From the human T2T-CHM13v2.0 reference genome, Homo sapiens: DNA of 64,000 nucleotides. The notes beneath the pieces are model-generated. The model was not told where the DNA came from. It worked only from the letters and a program-made list of their open reading frames with translations, and did no database searches. A program made the translations under genes and the position numbers. Location: assembly GCF_009914755.1 (NCBI RefSeq), contig NC_060937.1. One strand, 5' to 3'. Shown piece after piece: positions 1-17,068 of this stretch (position 1 is its first letter; every line of letters begins with the position of its first letter).

Positions 1-261
<261 letters not shown>

Positions 262-1464
262 TAGCATCATTTGGCTAAAAAGGGCTTCCTTATTATAACT
301 TTTTAATAGATCTTTATATTTGAAAATGTTCCTTTTCTTCAAGATTGTCTGAATATGTTTATAACAAGAATATAAATTAATTGAGCTGCTCTTTAATGTC
401 AGGTGGTTCTTCAGTTGATCATTTGACCTTGTCAAGGGTCCCAAATGTTTAATTAATTTTCAGTGTGCCTAGTTAGATCTGAGAACACTGCTCCTAGTCT
501 AAAATATTTCCTTTCCCTTTAATGATATCTATGTCCGAATGACACACGTGGCTAGCTCTGGAGATGAAGTGTGCTTTTAGAGCTACTATATTTTATTATG
601 ATCAAACTAATGCAGTAGGGATTTAAATAACGGTTAGCTGCTGTTATTAGCAACTAGTGGTAAATGGGGTGACAGATTTCATAGTCAGATTGCCCTCACA
701 TTGAAACACTAAAATATTTTTTATCAATGTTAATAGACACTTTTCTCACTCACAGGGTATATGGGGCTGTACTAAGGAGAAAAACATTGAATATTTGGTT
801 AATTACAGCCCCAATCTATTATGAACCTGCAATTCTGGTGGGGAAATGAGATGGACACATTGATAAACAGAAATCAATAAATGAATCAATTATTTTATGC
901 AAATTTACCTAGAACAAGAAACCTGAACTTCGTCATAGCTACTCAGCATAGAACCCTTGTGATTTTTTAAATGTCTGTTCCTTCCTCATATATGTATATA
1001 TATGCCCAGGATAGGATGCTTAAAGTGTGGTTGTAGAGTGGTTACTTGATGTCTAATGTTTCTTGCATGTGTTCACATGTAACACATTCTACCACACCAA
1101 GAAGCACCAAGACAACAATACAGAATATTCATTGCTGAAAGTAGTGAGACACCATTGGGGCAGGAAATCATTGTCTGAGATTATTTCATACATCATGTTG
1201 ACAAACAGAAGGGACATCAGAGGATAGTGGCCAGTCTACAAAAAGAACCTAGACATCATATTAAACAAGAGATGATACAAGGAATTGAGAATGGTCAACT
1301 TTGAAAAAAGAAGAACCTGTGGTGAGGGTGTAGAGGGTGGGTGATAAGTGGGGCAAAGGGAACCAGCAAATGCTTTGCAGGCACTGGTGGGGAGGATGGG
1401 GAAAGGGAGCTAGGTTTCTTGTTTGTCTCTCCAGAATGCAGAACAACGATCCATGGGTGAGAGT

Positions 1465-1605
1465 TACAGGGAATGAGTTTCAGCTCAAGAGAAAGAAGAA
1501 CTTTGAAAGTTACAATGGCCAGTGGAATGGGTGTTCTCATGAAGCAGTGGGTTCCTCCACACTAGATGTGCTCACACACCTGGCTGTCCACTTGCCAGAG
1601 GACAT
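1465..1605 (+). mobile_element. L3/CR1-like 3' fragment
   Basis: AGAAGAACTTT...CAGTGGAATGGG...GAAGCAGTGGGTTCC...CACTAGATGTG resembles the recalled CR1/L3 3' end. Confidence 0.5.
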
Positions 1606-1993
1606 CATAGTAGATCGGCATCCAGTTACATGCCCTTTAAAGTCTTTTTTGCCTCCAAAAGTAATTGACTGGTTGATTGATTAACCGCAGAAGATGTCCC
1701 GAAGAAGGGTAACTTAGATTTAGAATGAAATAAACCCCAGGATTTAGTACAGTGGAGAGGGGCAGGGCCAGCCCTCAGCTGAAGAACAGTGTTGGGATGT
1801 GATGGAGAAGATGTGTTAGGGGCAACGACTGGAAGAGAGCAAATGTTTATGTCCAGAGCAAAATTCTGTTGTCAGAAATGGGGCTTTGTATGATGATGGA
1901 TGTGTTCACTTATCCATTCACTCCACAAATATTAATTTTCTGGTATATTTATATAATGGAGTACTATACAACAGCAAAAAATAAATTAAGTAC

Positions 1994-2290
1994 AGGCTGG
2001 GCACAGTGGCTGATGCCTGTAATCTCAGCACTTTAGGAGGCCAAGGCAGGAGGATTGTTTGAGCTTAGAAGTTTGAAACCAGCCTGGGCAACATAGCAAG
2101 ACCACATCTCTACTAAAAATTAAAAAAAAAAAAAAATGCCAAGCATGGTGGTGTGTGCCGATAGTCCCAGCTACTTAGCCTGGGGTGGGAGGATTGCTTG
2201 AGTCCAGGAGTTTGAGGCTGCAGTAAGCTATGACTGCATCACTGAATGCCAGCCTGTGCAACAGAGTGAGACACTGTCTAAAAAAAGTAA
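1994..2290 (+). mobile_element. AluJ-like
   Basis: GGCTGGGCACAGTGGC...AGGAGGATTG...GAGGCTGCAGTAAGCTATGA, then A-rich tail. Confidence 0.93.
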
Positions 2291-2299
2291 ATATATAAA

Positions 2300-2680
2300 A
2301 ATAAATAAACTACAGTTGCTTGTATCAACATGGATGTATCTCAAAGGCATAATGTTGAATGAAAAAAGTAAGTCACAAAAATATAGAGCAATGTATGATT
2401 CTAGGAGTATACAGTAGAAAAAAAAAGCAAAATTAAACAACATGTTGTGTAGAAATGCATACAATTGTGAAATACTCTTCAAAAAACGCAAAAAATGATT
2501 GATATAAAGTTCAGTATGCAGGTACCTCTTGGAGGAGGACAGGGCTGTGCTCAGGGGAGAACACACATGGGCTTCTAAGATGCTGGTAAAGGTCTGTTTC
2601 TTAAGCTGGTTGGTGAATACACATGTGCTTATTTTATTACCCTTAAATCTACATATATACACTTCATGCAGTCTTTTGAA
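2300..2680 (+). mobile_element. Old L1M (L1ME-like) 3' UTR fragment
   Basis: CAACATGGATGTATCTCAAAGGCATAATGTTGAATGAAAAAAGTAAGTCACAAAA is typical of the L1M 3' end. Confidence 0.65.
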
Positions 2681-2864
2681 TGTAGGACATGGCCATGGTA
2701 ATAAAAAGAAAAACAAAGAATAGATGAGCATTTAAATTGAGAGGGCACACCAAGTCTTAAGCCAAAGAGTTATAAGTAAATCCACACAGACGCAGCGGAG
2801 TACAATAGCAGAACATCAAAAGCATAGAGAAAATCTTCCACACCGCTAGAAAGATAGTAATCTA

Positions 2865-3200
<336 letters not shown>

Positions 3201-3326
3201 TCAACTTACAGCAGACTTACCTGCAATAATAGATGCCTTCAGTGACCTAAATGGTATCTTCAAACTGCTGAGAGAAAATAACCACAAACCAGAATTCCTT
3301 ACCTGTGAATTCTACCCAAGGTATAA

Positions 3327-3698
<372 letters not shown>

Positions 3699-3800
3699 TA
3701 GTGAACTGTTGAAACAGTGGTACAAGAAATTGATCATGAAGAGTCTTGAAAGCCGTAGAAGGATATTGCGTTTTATTTTCAGTGCAATGAGAGTTCTTAG

Positions 3801-4130
<330 letters not shown>

Positions 4131-4715
4131 AGATCTGTCTTTAAAAAGACCATTCTGGCTTCTGTGTGCAGAATGCATTATAGAGAGTTATTGGGAAGCA
4201 AGAAGGAAGTAGAAAAGCTACTTGGTGATCAGTACAGTTACTCTAGTGAGAGAAGAGTATGGCTTGTCCTAGGGAAGTTGTAGTAGACATACAGAGACAT
4301 GACCCAGTTGGAAATATGACCTGGTAGTTGAGTCAATAGGATTTGTTGATTTACTGGATACAGAGTCCACAAAAGGGAAGAATCAAGACTGAGTCTTACC
4401 TTAGGGGCTTAAGCAACTAGGTAGATATTAGTGTGCTTCACTGAGGTGGGAGTGACTGAGGAGCTGCAGATTAGGTGGGCAGTGGGAGGTGGTTTGCAAA
4501 TCAACAACTCTGTTTAGGTTTGAGATGACTGTGAACTATAAAAGAATTATCAAGTAGGTAGTTAGATGTTCCGTGTGGAGGTTAGTGCAGATTTCCAGGT
4601 TGGAGATACAAATTTGAGAGTTATCAAGATATAGATTGGATGATCTCACCCAAGATATAGACTGGATAAGCTCACCCAAGGATTGAGTGTAGATAAAAAA
4701 GTCTAGAGTGGAAGT

Positions 4716-4905
4716 TAGAGTTGCTTGCGTTACCACATAAAAATAGAAGACACTCGGTTGAATTTGAACTTCAGATAAACAATAAATTTTTTTAGAATGA
4801 GTATGTTCCATGCAATATTTGGGACATGCTTATACTAAAAAATTTTTGTTGTTTATGTGAAAGTCAGGTTTAGTTGGGCATCCTGTAATTTATTTGGTAA
4901 CCCTA
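4716..4905. mobile_element. MER53 (hAT-family MITE, near-palindromic)
   Basis: ~190 bp with palindromic centre GTATGTTCCATGCAATATTTGGGACATGC and end TTATTTGGTAACCCTA. Confidence 0.8.
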
Positions 4906-4964
4906 ACTGAGACACTCCTATATTTAGATGACAAGTAGGGAAGGATGAGAAGCAAAGGAAATGC

Positions 4965-5609
4965 TGAGTGTGGCTGTGTACCAAATTTCCCCAGAATGTG
5001 GTGCCATAAAACAGTCTTTAATTATGCCTGCAGATTCTGTAGTTCAGGAATTTAGATAGGGATTCGTGGTCCTGACTTGCTCTGCTCCATGATGTCTGGG
5101 GCCTCAGCTAGAAGACTCAAGGGCTGGGAGTTGAAATCATCTAAAGGTTCATTGACTCATTGAACTCACTGACCCATTGACATGTCTGGCGGTTGATGCT
5201 GGCTATTCGCTGACTCTTTAGCCAGGGTCATCTGCTGGAACCTCTTCATGTGGCCTCTCTATGTGGCCTGGGCTTCCTCCCAACATGGTGGCTGGATTCT
5301 AAGAGCTGGTAAGCAGAGGGAAAAGGGGAAGAGAAAGGAGGAGGAAGAGAAGGAAGAAGAGAAAGAAAAGGGAGAGAAGAGTGAACCAGGTGGAAACTAT
5401 ATCTTTTTTATGACTAGCCTCCAAAACCCATAGCATTATTTCTGCCAGGCTCTATTGGTCAGAGCAGCCACAAGCCCAACCAGGTTCAAGGGGAGAGGAA
5501 ATCATTACATCCTTGATAGGAAGCAGTAAACTTCCGTAAGAGCATATGAGACCATACATATGACCATACATATGGCTGTGGTCATTTTTGGACAATACAA
5601 GCTGCCTCA
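4965..5609 (-). mobile_element. MLT1 (MLT1F-like) MaLR solo LTR
   Basis: CTCTGCTCCATGATGTCTGGGGCCTCAGCT...GGGCTTCCTCCCAACATGGTGGCTGG...CATTTTTGGACAATACAA. Confidence 0.8.
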
Positions 5610-7183
5610 GGAGAGGTTAGTGAAGTAGGAGAAAAATCAGGAGAAAGAAAGCTAGGAGAAGACCTTGTTTCAAGGAGGAGGGAATGATGAGCCAAGTGGA
5701 AGGATGCTGGTGTGGAAGTGCACCCAGGGTGCTCAGTGCGGAGTGCAGGGCTGAGAGCAGGAGGCTGGGAGAGGGCGGCTGTGGATGGGGTGCATATGTG
5801 TGCTAGACTTGACAAGAGAAAGAGAAGTCTCGTGATGGAGGAATTCAGTGGTAAGAGTGAAGAGCATGTAAGGCAGTGGGTCGGGAGAGCCAAGCCTGGC
5901 ATGGTAAATGGGTAAACCTTGCATGGGCAGGTGACCGGGAAGGAGAAGGAGTGAGGAAGAAGAGAAAATGCGAGTGCAGATCTTATTGAGGAGCTAGTTT
6001 AATCTCTTTTAAATACATTTTGTGGAGACTTAAGATAATTTTTGTGATTTGCAAGAATGAATAAAATTAACATTTTACGGCACTGAGAAAAAGGTGCTCT
6101 GCATGTTCCATAAATTTTCCATTTAAAAAAAAAAAGTTCCCAAGCCTATCAAGTAATGCTACGCAGCATGTTTTCCTTTCCACAGTCCTTGAGAAGTAAT
6201 TTTCAGTGCTTCTGTGTTGATCATTTTTTGCTGAGTGAGTAACTGACCCACACATGCAGCTGCAGCCTTTGTATTCAAGGTTTCTTCTGAGGAATACAGT
6301 CTAAAGAAGGGAGCCAAGATCTGTGAACCCTGCCTGATGTGCGGAGTGGGGACCAGGTGCCAGCGCCCCATGGCTGGGCTGTGGGATGGGGATGTGGTCC
6401 CTCAGGTCACCATGGCAACCAGCCTGCAAACCCCAATGCACTCGTGGTGATCAGCATGCTTCAGGGAAGCTGAACTGTGCCAGCCTAGAGTCTAACAAAC
6501 TGTTTCCCTTCTAGGATACCCTCTATGCCTGATAAAATGCAGCACCTACTATTTCTAACCCACATGTGGGTTTTCAGGGTAAGTAGAAACGCTACCAGGA
6601 AATGTCTTGATGGGCTCTCTCTCCTCCCTGAGCGCCAGCCTATTGGAAAATATTTCTAATCTATCAAACATGGTTTTGAAGTAAAAAAAAAAAGAGAATC
6701 TGCTAGTTAATTTTTTTTTTTCAGTGACTTCACCCGATGAGAAAGTGGAAAACAGGTTGCACTGTGTACATGCAGACCAGGTCACAGAAGATAAAGGGCC
6801 TTATCTGACATGACAGACAATTCAGGAGACTTTATCGCTCCAGTCTCCTGATGCCACCTCACTTGATCCATTGCAACAAGGAAATTTTAATGGAGAACCT
6901 CCCCTGGGTCTTGATTTATGCTCTGAACCACAGGAGGGCTAGGAAGAAAGCAATTATTCACTTGTCAAACCTTTATAGGCTAGGCCCTGTGCAGGGGACT
7001 GGGGATACAGAGGTGCTTAGCCATGGCCTCTGGCCTTGAGCACTTACTGTGTGGAGGATGCAGGCAGAAGCAGGCAGGGGAGCCAGGAGTCAGGGCTCGG
7101 TGGGGTATACCAACCAAACTCTGTCCTGGCTTTGGAGGAAAAAGAGGAAAAATGGAAGCAATTTAAATAAACTAGTAGGTGAT

Positions 7184-7546
7184 TGTATTAGTCCATTTTT
7201 GTACTGCTATGAAGAAATACCCAATACGGGGTAATTTATAAAGAAAAAGAGGTTTAATGGACTCACAGTTCCACATGGCTGGGGAGGCCTCACAATCATC
7301 GCAGAAGGCAAAGGAGGAGCAAAGTCATGTCTTACGTAGCAGCAGGCAAGAGAGCGTGTGCAGGGGAGCTGCCCTTTATAAAACCGTCAGGTCTCATGAG
7401 ACTTATTCACTGTCATGAGAACAGCATGGGGAAAACCTGCCTCCATGATTCAGTTACTTTCCACTGGGTCCTCCCATGACACGTGGGGATTATGAGAGCT
7501 ACAATTCAAGATGAGATTTGGATGGGGACAAAGCCAAACCATATCA
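7184..7546 (-). mobile_element. THE1 (THE1B/C-like) MaLR solo LTR
   Basis: TGTATTAGTCCATTTT...GGGGACAAAGCCAAACCATATCA; TG...CA ends with 5-bp TSD GTGAT/ATGAT. Confidence 0.92.
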
Positions 7547-8145
7547 ATGATTAAGACCCAGACAGGGTGAGACAGATGACAAGAACCAGTGGAGTCTGGG
7601 AATGGAAGGATCCCCATGGGTTGAATTAATTTGGGATGACTCTGTGCCAGAGAAGCAATTTGAGCTGGACCTTCTGACAGAGAAGAATTTGAATGGGGAT
7701 CACCTCCCTTAGCAAAAGTAACATCACAGCCATCACCATGTTAAACAGAACCCTCACCTTCCTTCCATATTTAGAATCCTAGTAATAACAGCAGTTTCTT
7801 TGATGTTTCAAGAACTTATACCTTCACATACATATTACCTATGTTTTCATTCAGCTTTGTCAAATAAGTGCTAAAACCTTCTTAGTATATGTTTTTCTGT
7901 CTTCCCCATTCTAATGAAGAAATTCCAGGAGTAAATTTGTCTTTTCTTTTAGTCTTATTGAGATATTTACTCAAGGAGCAACATAACCATTTACTCATAT
8001 TTTTCTCAACACCATCGTGGCCCAGTAGGAGTGAAGGATCTTGGGAGGAGCCCCAAGTCCTCCAGGTCACAGAGTACTATGGAAAAGGCTCCCTTGGGCT
8101 CTGCTAGAGTGCCTTCGCCTGCAAAAGTGATGCTAGAGTTCCTGA

Positions 8146-9345
<1,200 letters not shown>

Positions 9346-9439
9346 GAAAACTTCAAAAGAACAGAACTGTTGAAAGACTAATAGTACAATGAATACCTGC
9401 CCTCCCTCTTCCTTCAATAATTATTAACTTTATGCTCTA

Positions 9440-11351
9440 TCACCATGCATCGCTTAAAGATGAGGATATGTTCTGAGAAATGCATGAGGCGATTTTGTTA
9501 CTGTGTGGATGTAATAGACTGTACTTAAACAAACCTAGATGGTGAAGCCGACTACACTCCTAGACTATATGCTATAGGCTGGTTAACTTAAAAAAAACCC
9601 CACACAATCTATACATTTGGAAAAGGAGACTTTATTCCTTATAAGGAATATAGCCTATAAGATGGCCATCCTGCAGGCTGGGAAAAATGGAAAAAGCCAG
9701 GGACAGGCACTTTGAAGGAGGAGGGGTTGGGGCAGGAGCTTTATACTGAATGGCTCGGCTAAACACACATATTCTACAGGTTATAGAAGGAGCTAAGAAT
9801 AATCATGAAGGTGGTCCTGACGCATGCGCATTCAATAAACACGCATGCAACATGTGACCCATGTTCACCCTGGGGTTGGGCCTTAACATTTCAATGTACT
9901 AAAATTAGACCCTATATGTCAACAAGTGTTTTCAGGGCCCAAAAGCACTCAAGTGTGCAGCCTCTATAAACTGGCCAGAACCAGACCATGGTCAGGGGTC
10001 TTATCAGGAGAAAGTTACTGAAATTAGTCTTTCGTCCAGTCAAAGCTGTAGTTATGGCTGGTGGAAGGGGGGTCAGTTAGTCAGACCCTGGGGGTGAGCA
10101 GATTGTTTTAATACTGCTTTTCTCGAGGCCAGTGCTTGTTTATTTTTAGAGAAAAAGAAAAACCTTGGGGCAGCTGGAGCATAGTTTATTCCTTAGGTGT
10201 AGGGGTGTGTGACTTTACCCTTGCCTCGCATGGCCTTAGGTCCTGTTTAGAATTCATCTTACTGCCACAAATTCTGTTCTGTCAGTCTTGTGATCTCTAT
10301 TTTAACACTAATCCTGGTCAGTTGTTGTGTCTAAATCATAAAAGCGAGGGTGGTATAGCGAGGTGTGTCTGACTTCCCATCCCATCATGACCAGGAACTC
10401 AGTTTTAACATTTTTCTGGGGTCCCCTTGGCCACAGGGAGTCTGTTATGTCGGTGGTGGCACTTAGGATTTTATTTTTATTTTAACTATTTTTATTTACA
10501 CAATAGTCACACCCAGGGCAAGGATTTTATTTTTAGTTTAAGCACTCAAGTGTGCAGGAGCGATAGGCTCCTAGACTACACACCTACACAGCTTGTTACT
10601 GTACTGGATACTGTAGGCAGTTGTAACACAATGGCATTTATGAGTGAATGTGAAGGCCTAAGACATGACTGTACACTACTGTAGACTTTATAAACCCTGT
10701 AGACTTAAGCTACGCTGAATTTTTTTTTTAAAGTTTTTTCTTTCTTTGATAATAAATTAACCTTAAGTTACCATAACATTTTTACTTTATACACTTTTCG
10801 GGTTTTTTTAAAAAACTCTTTGACTCTTTTGTAATAACACTCAGCTTAAAACACAAATGTAGTGTACAGTTGTTGAAAAAGATTTTCTTTCTTTATATTC
10901 TTATCCTGTAATATTTTTTCTATTTTTTAATTTTTTATTTCTTCCTTACCTTTTAAAGTTCTTTGTTAAAAACTAAGACTCAAACATACACATTAGCCTA
11001 GGTCTCCACAGGGTCAGGACCACCAATATCACCATCTTCTTCCTCCGCGTCTTGTCCCACTGGAAGACCTTCAGGGCAATAACACACGTGGGGCTGTCAT
11101 CTCCTGTGATAACAGTGCCTTCTGGAACGCTTCCCAAAGGATCTGCCTGAGGCTGTTTTTACAGTTAAAAAAAATAAATAGGAGTACACTCTAATAATAA
11201 AAAATAATAATAAATGCATAAATAATAATAATTTAAAAATAATAAAAATACTAGGCAGTAGGACTTTTTCTGCTTCATTATAATCTTCTGAGATCACTGT
11301 CATATATGCAGCTAATTGTTGAATGAAATGTCATTATGCATCCCATAACTG
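9440..11351 (+). mobile_element. Tigger3b-like DNA transposon, split by an LTR at ~9581-10560
   Basis: CCATGCATCGCTTAAAGATGAGGATATGTTCTGAGAAATGC start; resumes GCTCCTAGACTACACACCTACACAGC; ends GTCATTATGCATCCCATAACTG followed by TA. Confidence 0.88.
9581..10502 (-). mobile_element. ERV1 MER4-group solo LTR (MER49-like)
   Basis: ~920 bp ending GGGGTCCCCTTGGCC...CTTAGGATTTTATTTTT...TTTACA, the antisense 5' end of MER4-group LTRs; subfamily tentative. Confidence 0.7.
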
Positions 11352-11407
11352 TATTTGCTTTATCTTTCTGCATATTTATATGTCTTTTGGTATAAAAATT
11401 AAGTCGC

Positions 11408-12000
11408 ATGTGGAAGACAACATGGTGATTCCTCAAAGATCTAGAAGCAGAAATGCCATTTGACCCAGCAATCTCATTACTGTGTATACACCCAAAGGAA
11501 TAGAAATCATTTTATTATAAAGACACATGCACGTGTATGTTCATTGCAGCACTATTCACAATAGCAAAGACAGGGAATCAACACAAACGCCCATCAATGA
11601 TAGACTGGAAAAGAAAATGTGGTACATATACACCATGGAATACTATGGAGCCATAGAAAGGAGTGAGATCCTGTCCTCTGCAGGGACATGGATGGAGCTG
11701 GAAGCCATTATCCTCAGCAAACCTACGCAGGAACAGAGAACCAAACATTGCATGTTCTTACTTATAAGTGGGAGCTGAACAGTGAGAACACATGGACACA
11801 GGGAGGGGAACAACACACACTGGGGCCTGTTGGGCGGTTGGGGGAAGGACAGCATCAGAATAAATAGCTAATGCCTGTGGGGCTTAATACCTAGATGATG
11901 GATTGATAGGTGCAGCAAACCTCCGTGGCACATGTTTACCAATGTAACAAACCTGCATGTCCTGCACATGTATCCCAGAACTTAAGGGAAAATTAAAAAC
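11408..12000 (+). mobile_element. L1PA (older primate) 5'-truncated 3' end with TSD
   Basis: CCATTTGACCCAGCAATC...CTGCACATGTATCCCAGAACTTAA; TSD AAATTAAGT(C/T)GCA at ~11396 and 12001. Confidence 0.93.
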
Positions 12001-12255
12001 AAATTAAGTTGCAGACATCTTGGCACTTTTCTCCTAAACATTTCAATAATTGTCTTCTAACAATAAGAACATAGTCCTACATAACATACATTTAAGAAAT
12101 TCCTCATTGTGACCTAGTATCCAGTTCATGTTTAAATCCCCCCAGTTACCCCCCAAATGTTTTTCTTAGTTGTTCTTTTTTTTTTTTTTTTTTGAGCCCA
12201 GATCTAAGCAAGTTTCTCCCATTATAACTGGTTACTATGGCTCTTTAGTCTTTTA

Positions 12256-12658
<403 letters not shown>

Positions 12659-13257
12659 TCATTTAAACAGAATAAAATGGTCATTTTAAGTGTACTCTTC
12701 ATAAGTTTTGACAAATGTATACACTAATGTAACTGTCCCACCAATCGAGATATAGATTTCTATCACCCTGAAAATCTCATTTATGCCCCTCTGCAATCAT
12801 TCCCCCTCTGCTCTTTGTCCCAGGCAACCATTGATCTTCTTTCCATTATCATATTGATTTTCTGAAGCAACTGGCCAGTTTGTCTTGTAGAATATCCCAG
12901 ATGTCTAATTGTTTCCTTGTAGTGTCATTAACTTGATACTCTAGCTATTGTGTTTCCCGTGCACTGAAAGTTAGGTCTAAAGGCTTGGCTAAATGCAGGT
13001 TAAACGTATATGGACAAAACACTTCATGGGTGATACCAGACACTTCCTGTTTCCTCACACCAGCAGGCACACAGTAACAGGCTGTGCATTGATGAAGATG
13101 TTCAGTTTGCTCCCTTGTTTGAGCTATTGACCACTAGGACTTTTTTTTTTTTTTTTAGAAATACATTGTTACCTTGAAAGGATTAAGTCATTACTTTGGT
13201 AATGAGCAAAGATTCTGCCTCCTCACAACCATGCACCCAGTGATCGTAACTTTCATT

Positions 13258-13398
13258 GATTTAAACATGAACTGGATACTAGGTCACAATGAGGAATTTC
13301 TTAAATACATGTTATGTAAGACAATATTCTTATTGTTAGAAGACAATTATTGAAATGTTTAGAAGTGCCATGATGTCTGCAACTTAATTGTTTTTAAT
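13258..13398 (-). repeat. Inverted copy of 11992-12138
   Basis: Manual alignment of the reverse complement: 6 substitutions, 2 indels, 49-bp perfect block. Confidence 0.95.
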
Positions 13399-13610
13399 GC
13401 CTAAATCAGTTATTTCACAGGAGGCTGCAAAATAGTGGTTTGCTAATTCTATCATTCCTTCTTTCTTTACTGGCTGACATTCTTCAGTAAAAAGTAGCTT
13501 TCTTTCATGTACTGGGGTGGATCCGTAGCTCCTAAGAAGATGGTAAATGCTGATTTCTTTCCCCTTACTTAAAATTAGGAACAATTTGAGCATTAAAAAA
13601 CCAAACTGTA

Positions 13611-13971
<361 letters not shown>

Positions 13972-14144
13972 TTAATTTAATTTCATTTTTGGGTATGTAA
14001 GAAAAGCATTAAAAGGGGTTAAATGCAAAGTTTTATAAACTGCACTGGTAACTATTTCTCAGGCTGCTGACTGTGTAAAACCTTCATTTAATGTTTGTGC
14101 TAAAGTCTGCCACGCACTGGATAAATTCCTGCCTTTAGTGACCT

Positions 14145-14330
14145 TGGACTTTGGAATCAGATGGATCTGGGTTGAATCCCGCCTAGCTCTGCCACTTACT
14201 TGCTGGATAATTTTCGGAAAAGTATTTAACTTCTCAGAGCCTTAGTTCTTCCCTCTGAAGATAGTCGTGATGAGAAAGAATCCAGGTGCCCTATGTGCAA
14301 TGTTCAGCCCAGGATGAGTTAGCGCTCAGC
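14145..14330 (+). mobile_element. MIR
   Basis: TGGACTTTGGAATCAGATGGATCTGGGTTGAATCCC...CTCTGCCACTTACTTGCTG...TTTAACTTCTCAGAGCCTTAGTT. Confidence 0.8.
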
Positions 14331-14930
14331 ATCCTAGATCCTTCTGCTTCCCTTGAAGAAGGTGAAGGTCCCAGGAAGAGGAGCTGCCTGAGCTGAATTT
14401 CAAAACCAATAAAGAATTGGGGCTCTTCAGACACCTATGATCATGTCCAAGAAGACCAAGTCACGATTCATACTGGCTTATTGTTCCTTCATTTATCTAT
14501 CTGGTGGTTACTGAGTGGTGTCTCTATGGAAGGTAGCATGCCGTGGACTGCAGAGTGAAGGGGGCTAGCCCTCATTTGTGTTGCTGTTGGTGGTCCTAAC
14601 CCATCATTCTGCACAGGGCTTTCTCCTATCCTGGGACACTGATGCTGGTTCCCATTCAGCCTCTCCCCAGATTTCTGAAGCCAGGAAGGATGAGTAGTGA
14701 ATGGACAGAAGGGAGGAGTGGGATGGACTCAAACGGACAGAGGCTAGTGGAAAAGCAGAGCCTCTGGGAGAACTAGAGAGGGGAGAGATAACTTTGTTTT
14801 AGCACAGACTTCGATAAACAGTTACCATGAAAGAAACCACACTAACCATGAATGAAATGTCAAAGGAATGAACAAAGCAAGAAATCTGTGCAAGAGTTGA
14901 CATGAACAAAGCCACGTGTGTTGCAGGTGA

Positions 14931-15558
<628 letters not shown>

Positions 15559-16367
15559 AGTTTTTTCTTAATTTCAGTTTCTGTCTCTATGAAAAGCTTG
15601 CAATTTTTATACTGTTACAGAGGAAAGAATCGACTTGCATATGTAAATCACATCTATAAAATATAACTGATTTAATGTATTTTTTCTCCAAAATACTAGA
15701 ATTTAATACCATTATTTCTCTGTGTTTGGAATTGTAAGCTCATAAATACATGTACTCCTAAATGATATAAAAGGCAGATACTATTCCAAATAATTAGGGA
15801 GTATCTTGATTTTAAAAATACATGGGATTACTCATTTTAGAGGTTTAGTAAGTGATACAGTTTTATAAAATCTTTTTTTGGTGCTATGGCCTGCAGGATT
15901 GAAAAACAACAGCAACAGCATCCTATGAATATTTGAAAATGGAACAATATTCTAAGCATCTTATAACAATTAAAGAAGGAACGAGGTAAATTCACTGTTG
16001 CATGGATTATTTTAGAAATTACAGCATCAATCTATTACAGATTTTGAATGGAACTATAATCCACTCATATGCCAGACATTCTGCCCTTGAAATCTTGTCA
16101 TCCAGAGATTGACAGCTAGACAATTAATATAGCCACTTGGGTTGGTCAGAGGGCCATGTCAAGCATGGACAATTCCAAGTGTCTGCCCGATAAAAAGAGA
16201 CCCTGTGCCCTCAGCATTGACCCTTTTAAAACAAGCTTGGTAGGGCCAGGGATCAATAATATTTAAAGCTATCAAGTTTTAGATAAGACCATTGAAGCCA
16301 GAAACATTAGCTGTGCAGGTGGAAAGAAGTAGCCTCTGGCATCATCCTTACAAAAAAACTCAGAATA

Positions 16368-16701
16368 CACTTGGCCATGGGTATCCATGGGTTCCATATC
16401 TGTGCATTCAACCAGCTCTGGATCAAAAATATTTGAAAAAAATTGCACCTGTGCTGAACATGTATAGACTTCTTTTTCTTGTCATTTGTTCCCTAAAAAA
16501 TACAGTACAGCAACAGTTTACATAGTATTTACATTATATTAGATATAAGTAATCTAGAGATGATTTAAAGTATTTGGGGAGATGTGTGTAAGTCATATTC
16601 AAATATGATGCTGTTTTCTATCAGGGACTTGAGCATCCTTGGATTTTGGTGGCCCAGGGAAGTCCTAGAACCCATCCTCCATGGATACTGAGGGATGACT
16701 A
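16368..16701. mobile_element. MER2 (TcMar-Tigger) DNA transposon
   Basis: GTATCCATGGGTTCCATATCTGTGCATTCAACC...CCATGGATACTGAGGGATGACT, TA-flanked. Confidence 0.85.
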
Positions 16702-17014
16702 TATATCTGAAGAACTTCAATTTTTCAGCATTCTCTTTTCATGAGGTCTTTTTAACGAGTCCCAAGGAAAGGCCAGTTACAGTTTGAAACTATCTCCAAA
16801 ATCATGTCATCAACTGTGGGACACAGGAATGAGGAGGAAGAGGGATTCCTGCCAGGTGGCCTTCTGCTCAGTGATGATTCAGAGATTAATTTTATGATCT
16901 TCTCGTTGACATCAATTAATGGAACAGCTGGCTGAGGGCTTCTGTTTTTCTTTACTGGGTTATCGCCTGACCCAAGAAAGCCAACACCAAATTCTTAGGG
17001 ACAGAGGAAGAACT

Positions 17015-17018
<4 letters not shown>

Positions 17019-17064
<46 letters not shown>
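17019..17064. repeat. (GT)n microsatellite
   Basis: ~23 perfect GT units. Confidence 0.98.

Positions 17065-17068
<4 letters not shown>

Noticed and set aside
11527-11778. ORF resembling the L1 ORF2 C-terminus
   Set aside because: Frameshifted remnant of a 5'-truncated L1PA, not a gene; the same applies to 8726-9001 and 39456-39746
16745-16995. ~80-codon stop-free minus-strand frame (…PLIDVNEKIIKLISE…) suggesting an exon or pseudogene
   Set aside because: No recognisable protein match or clear splice sites; the length is compatible with chance. BLASTX would be needed
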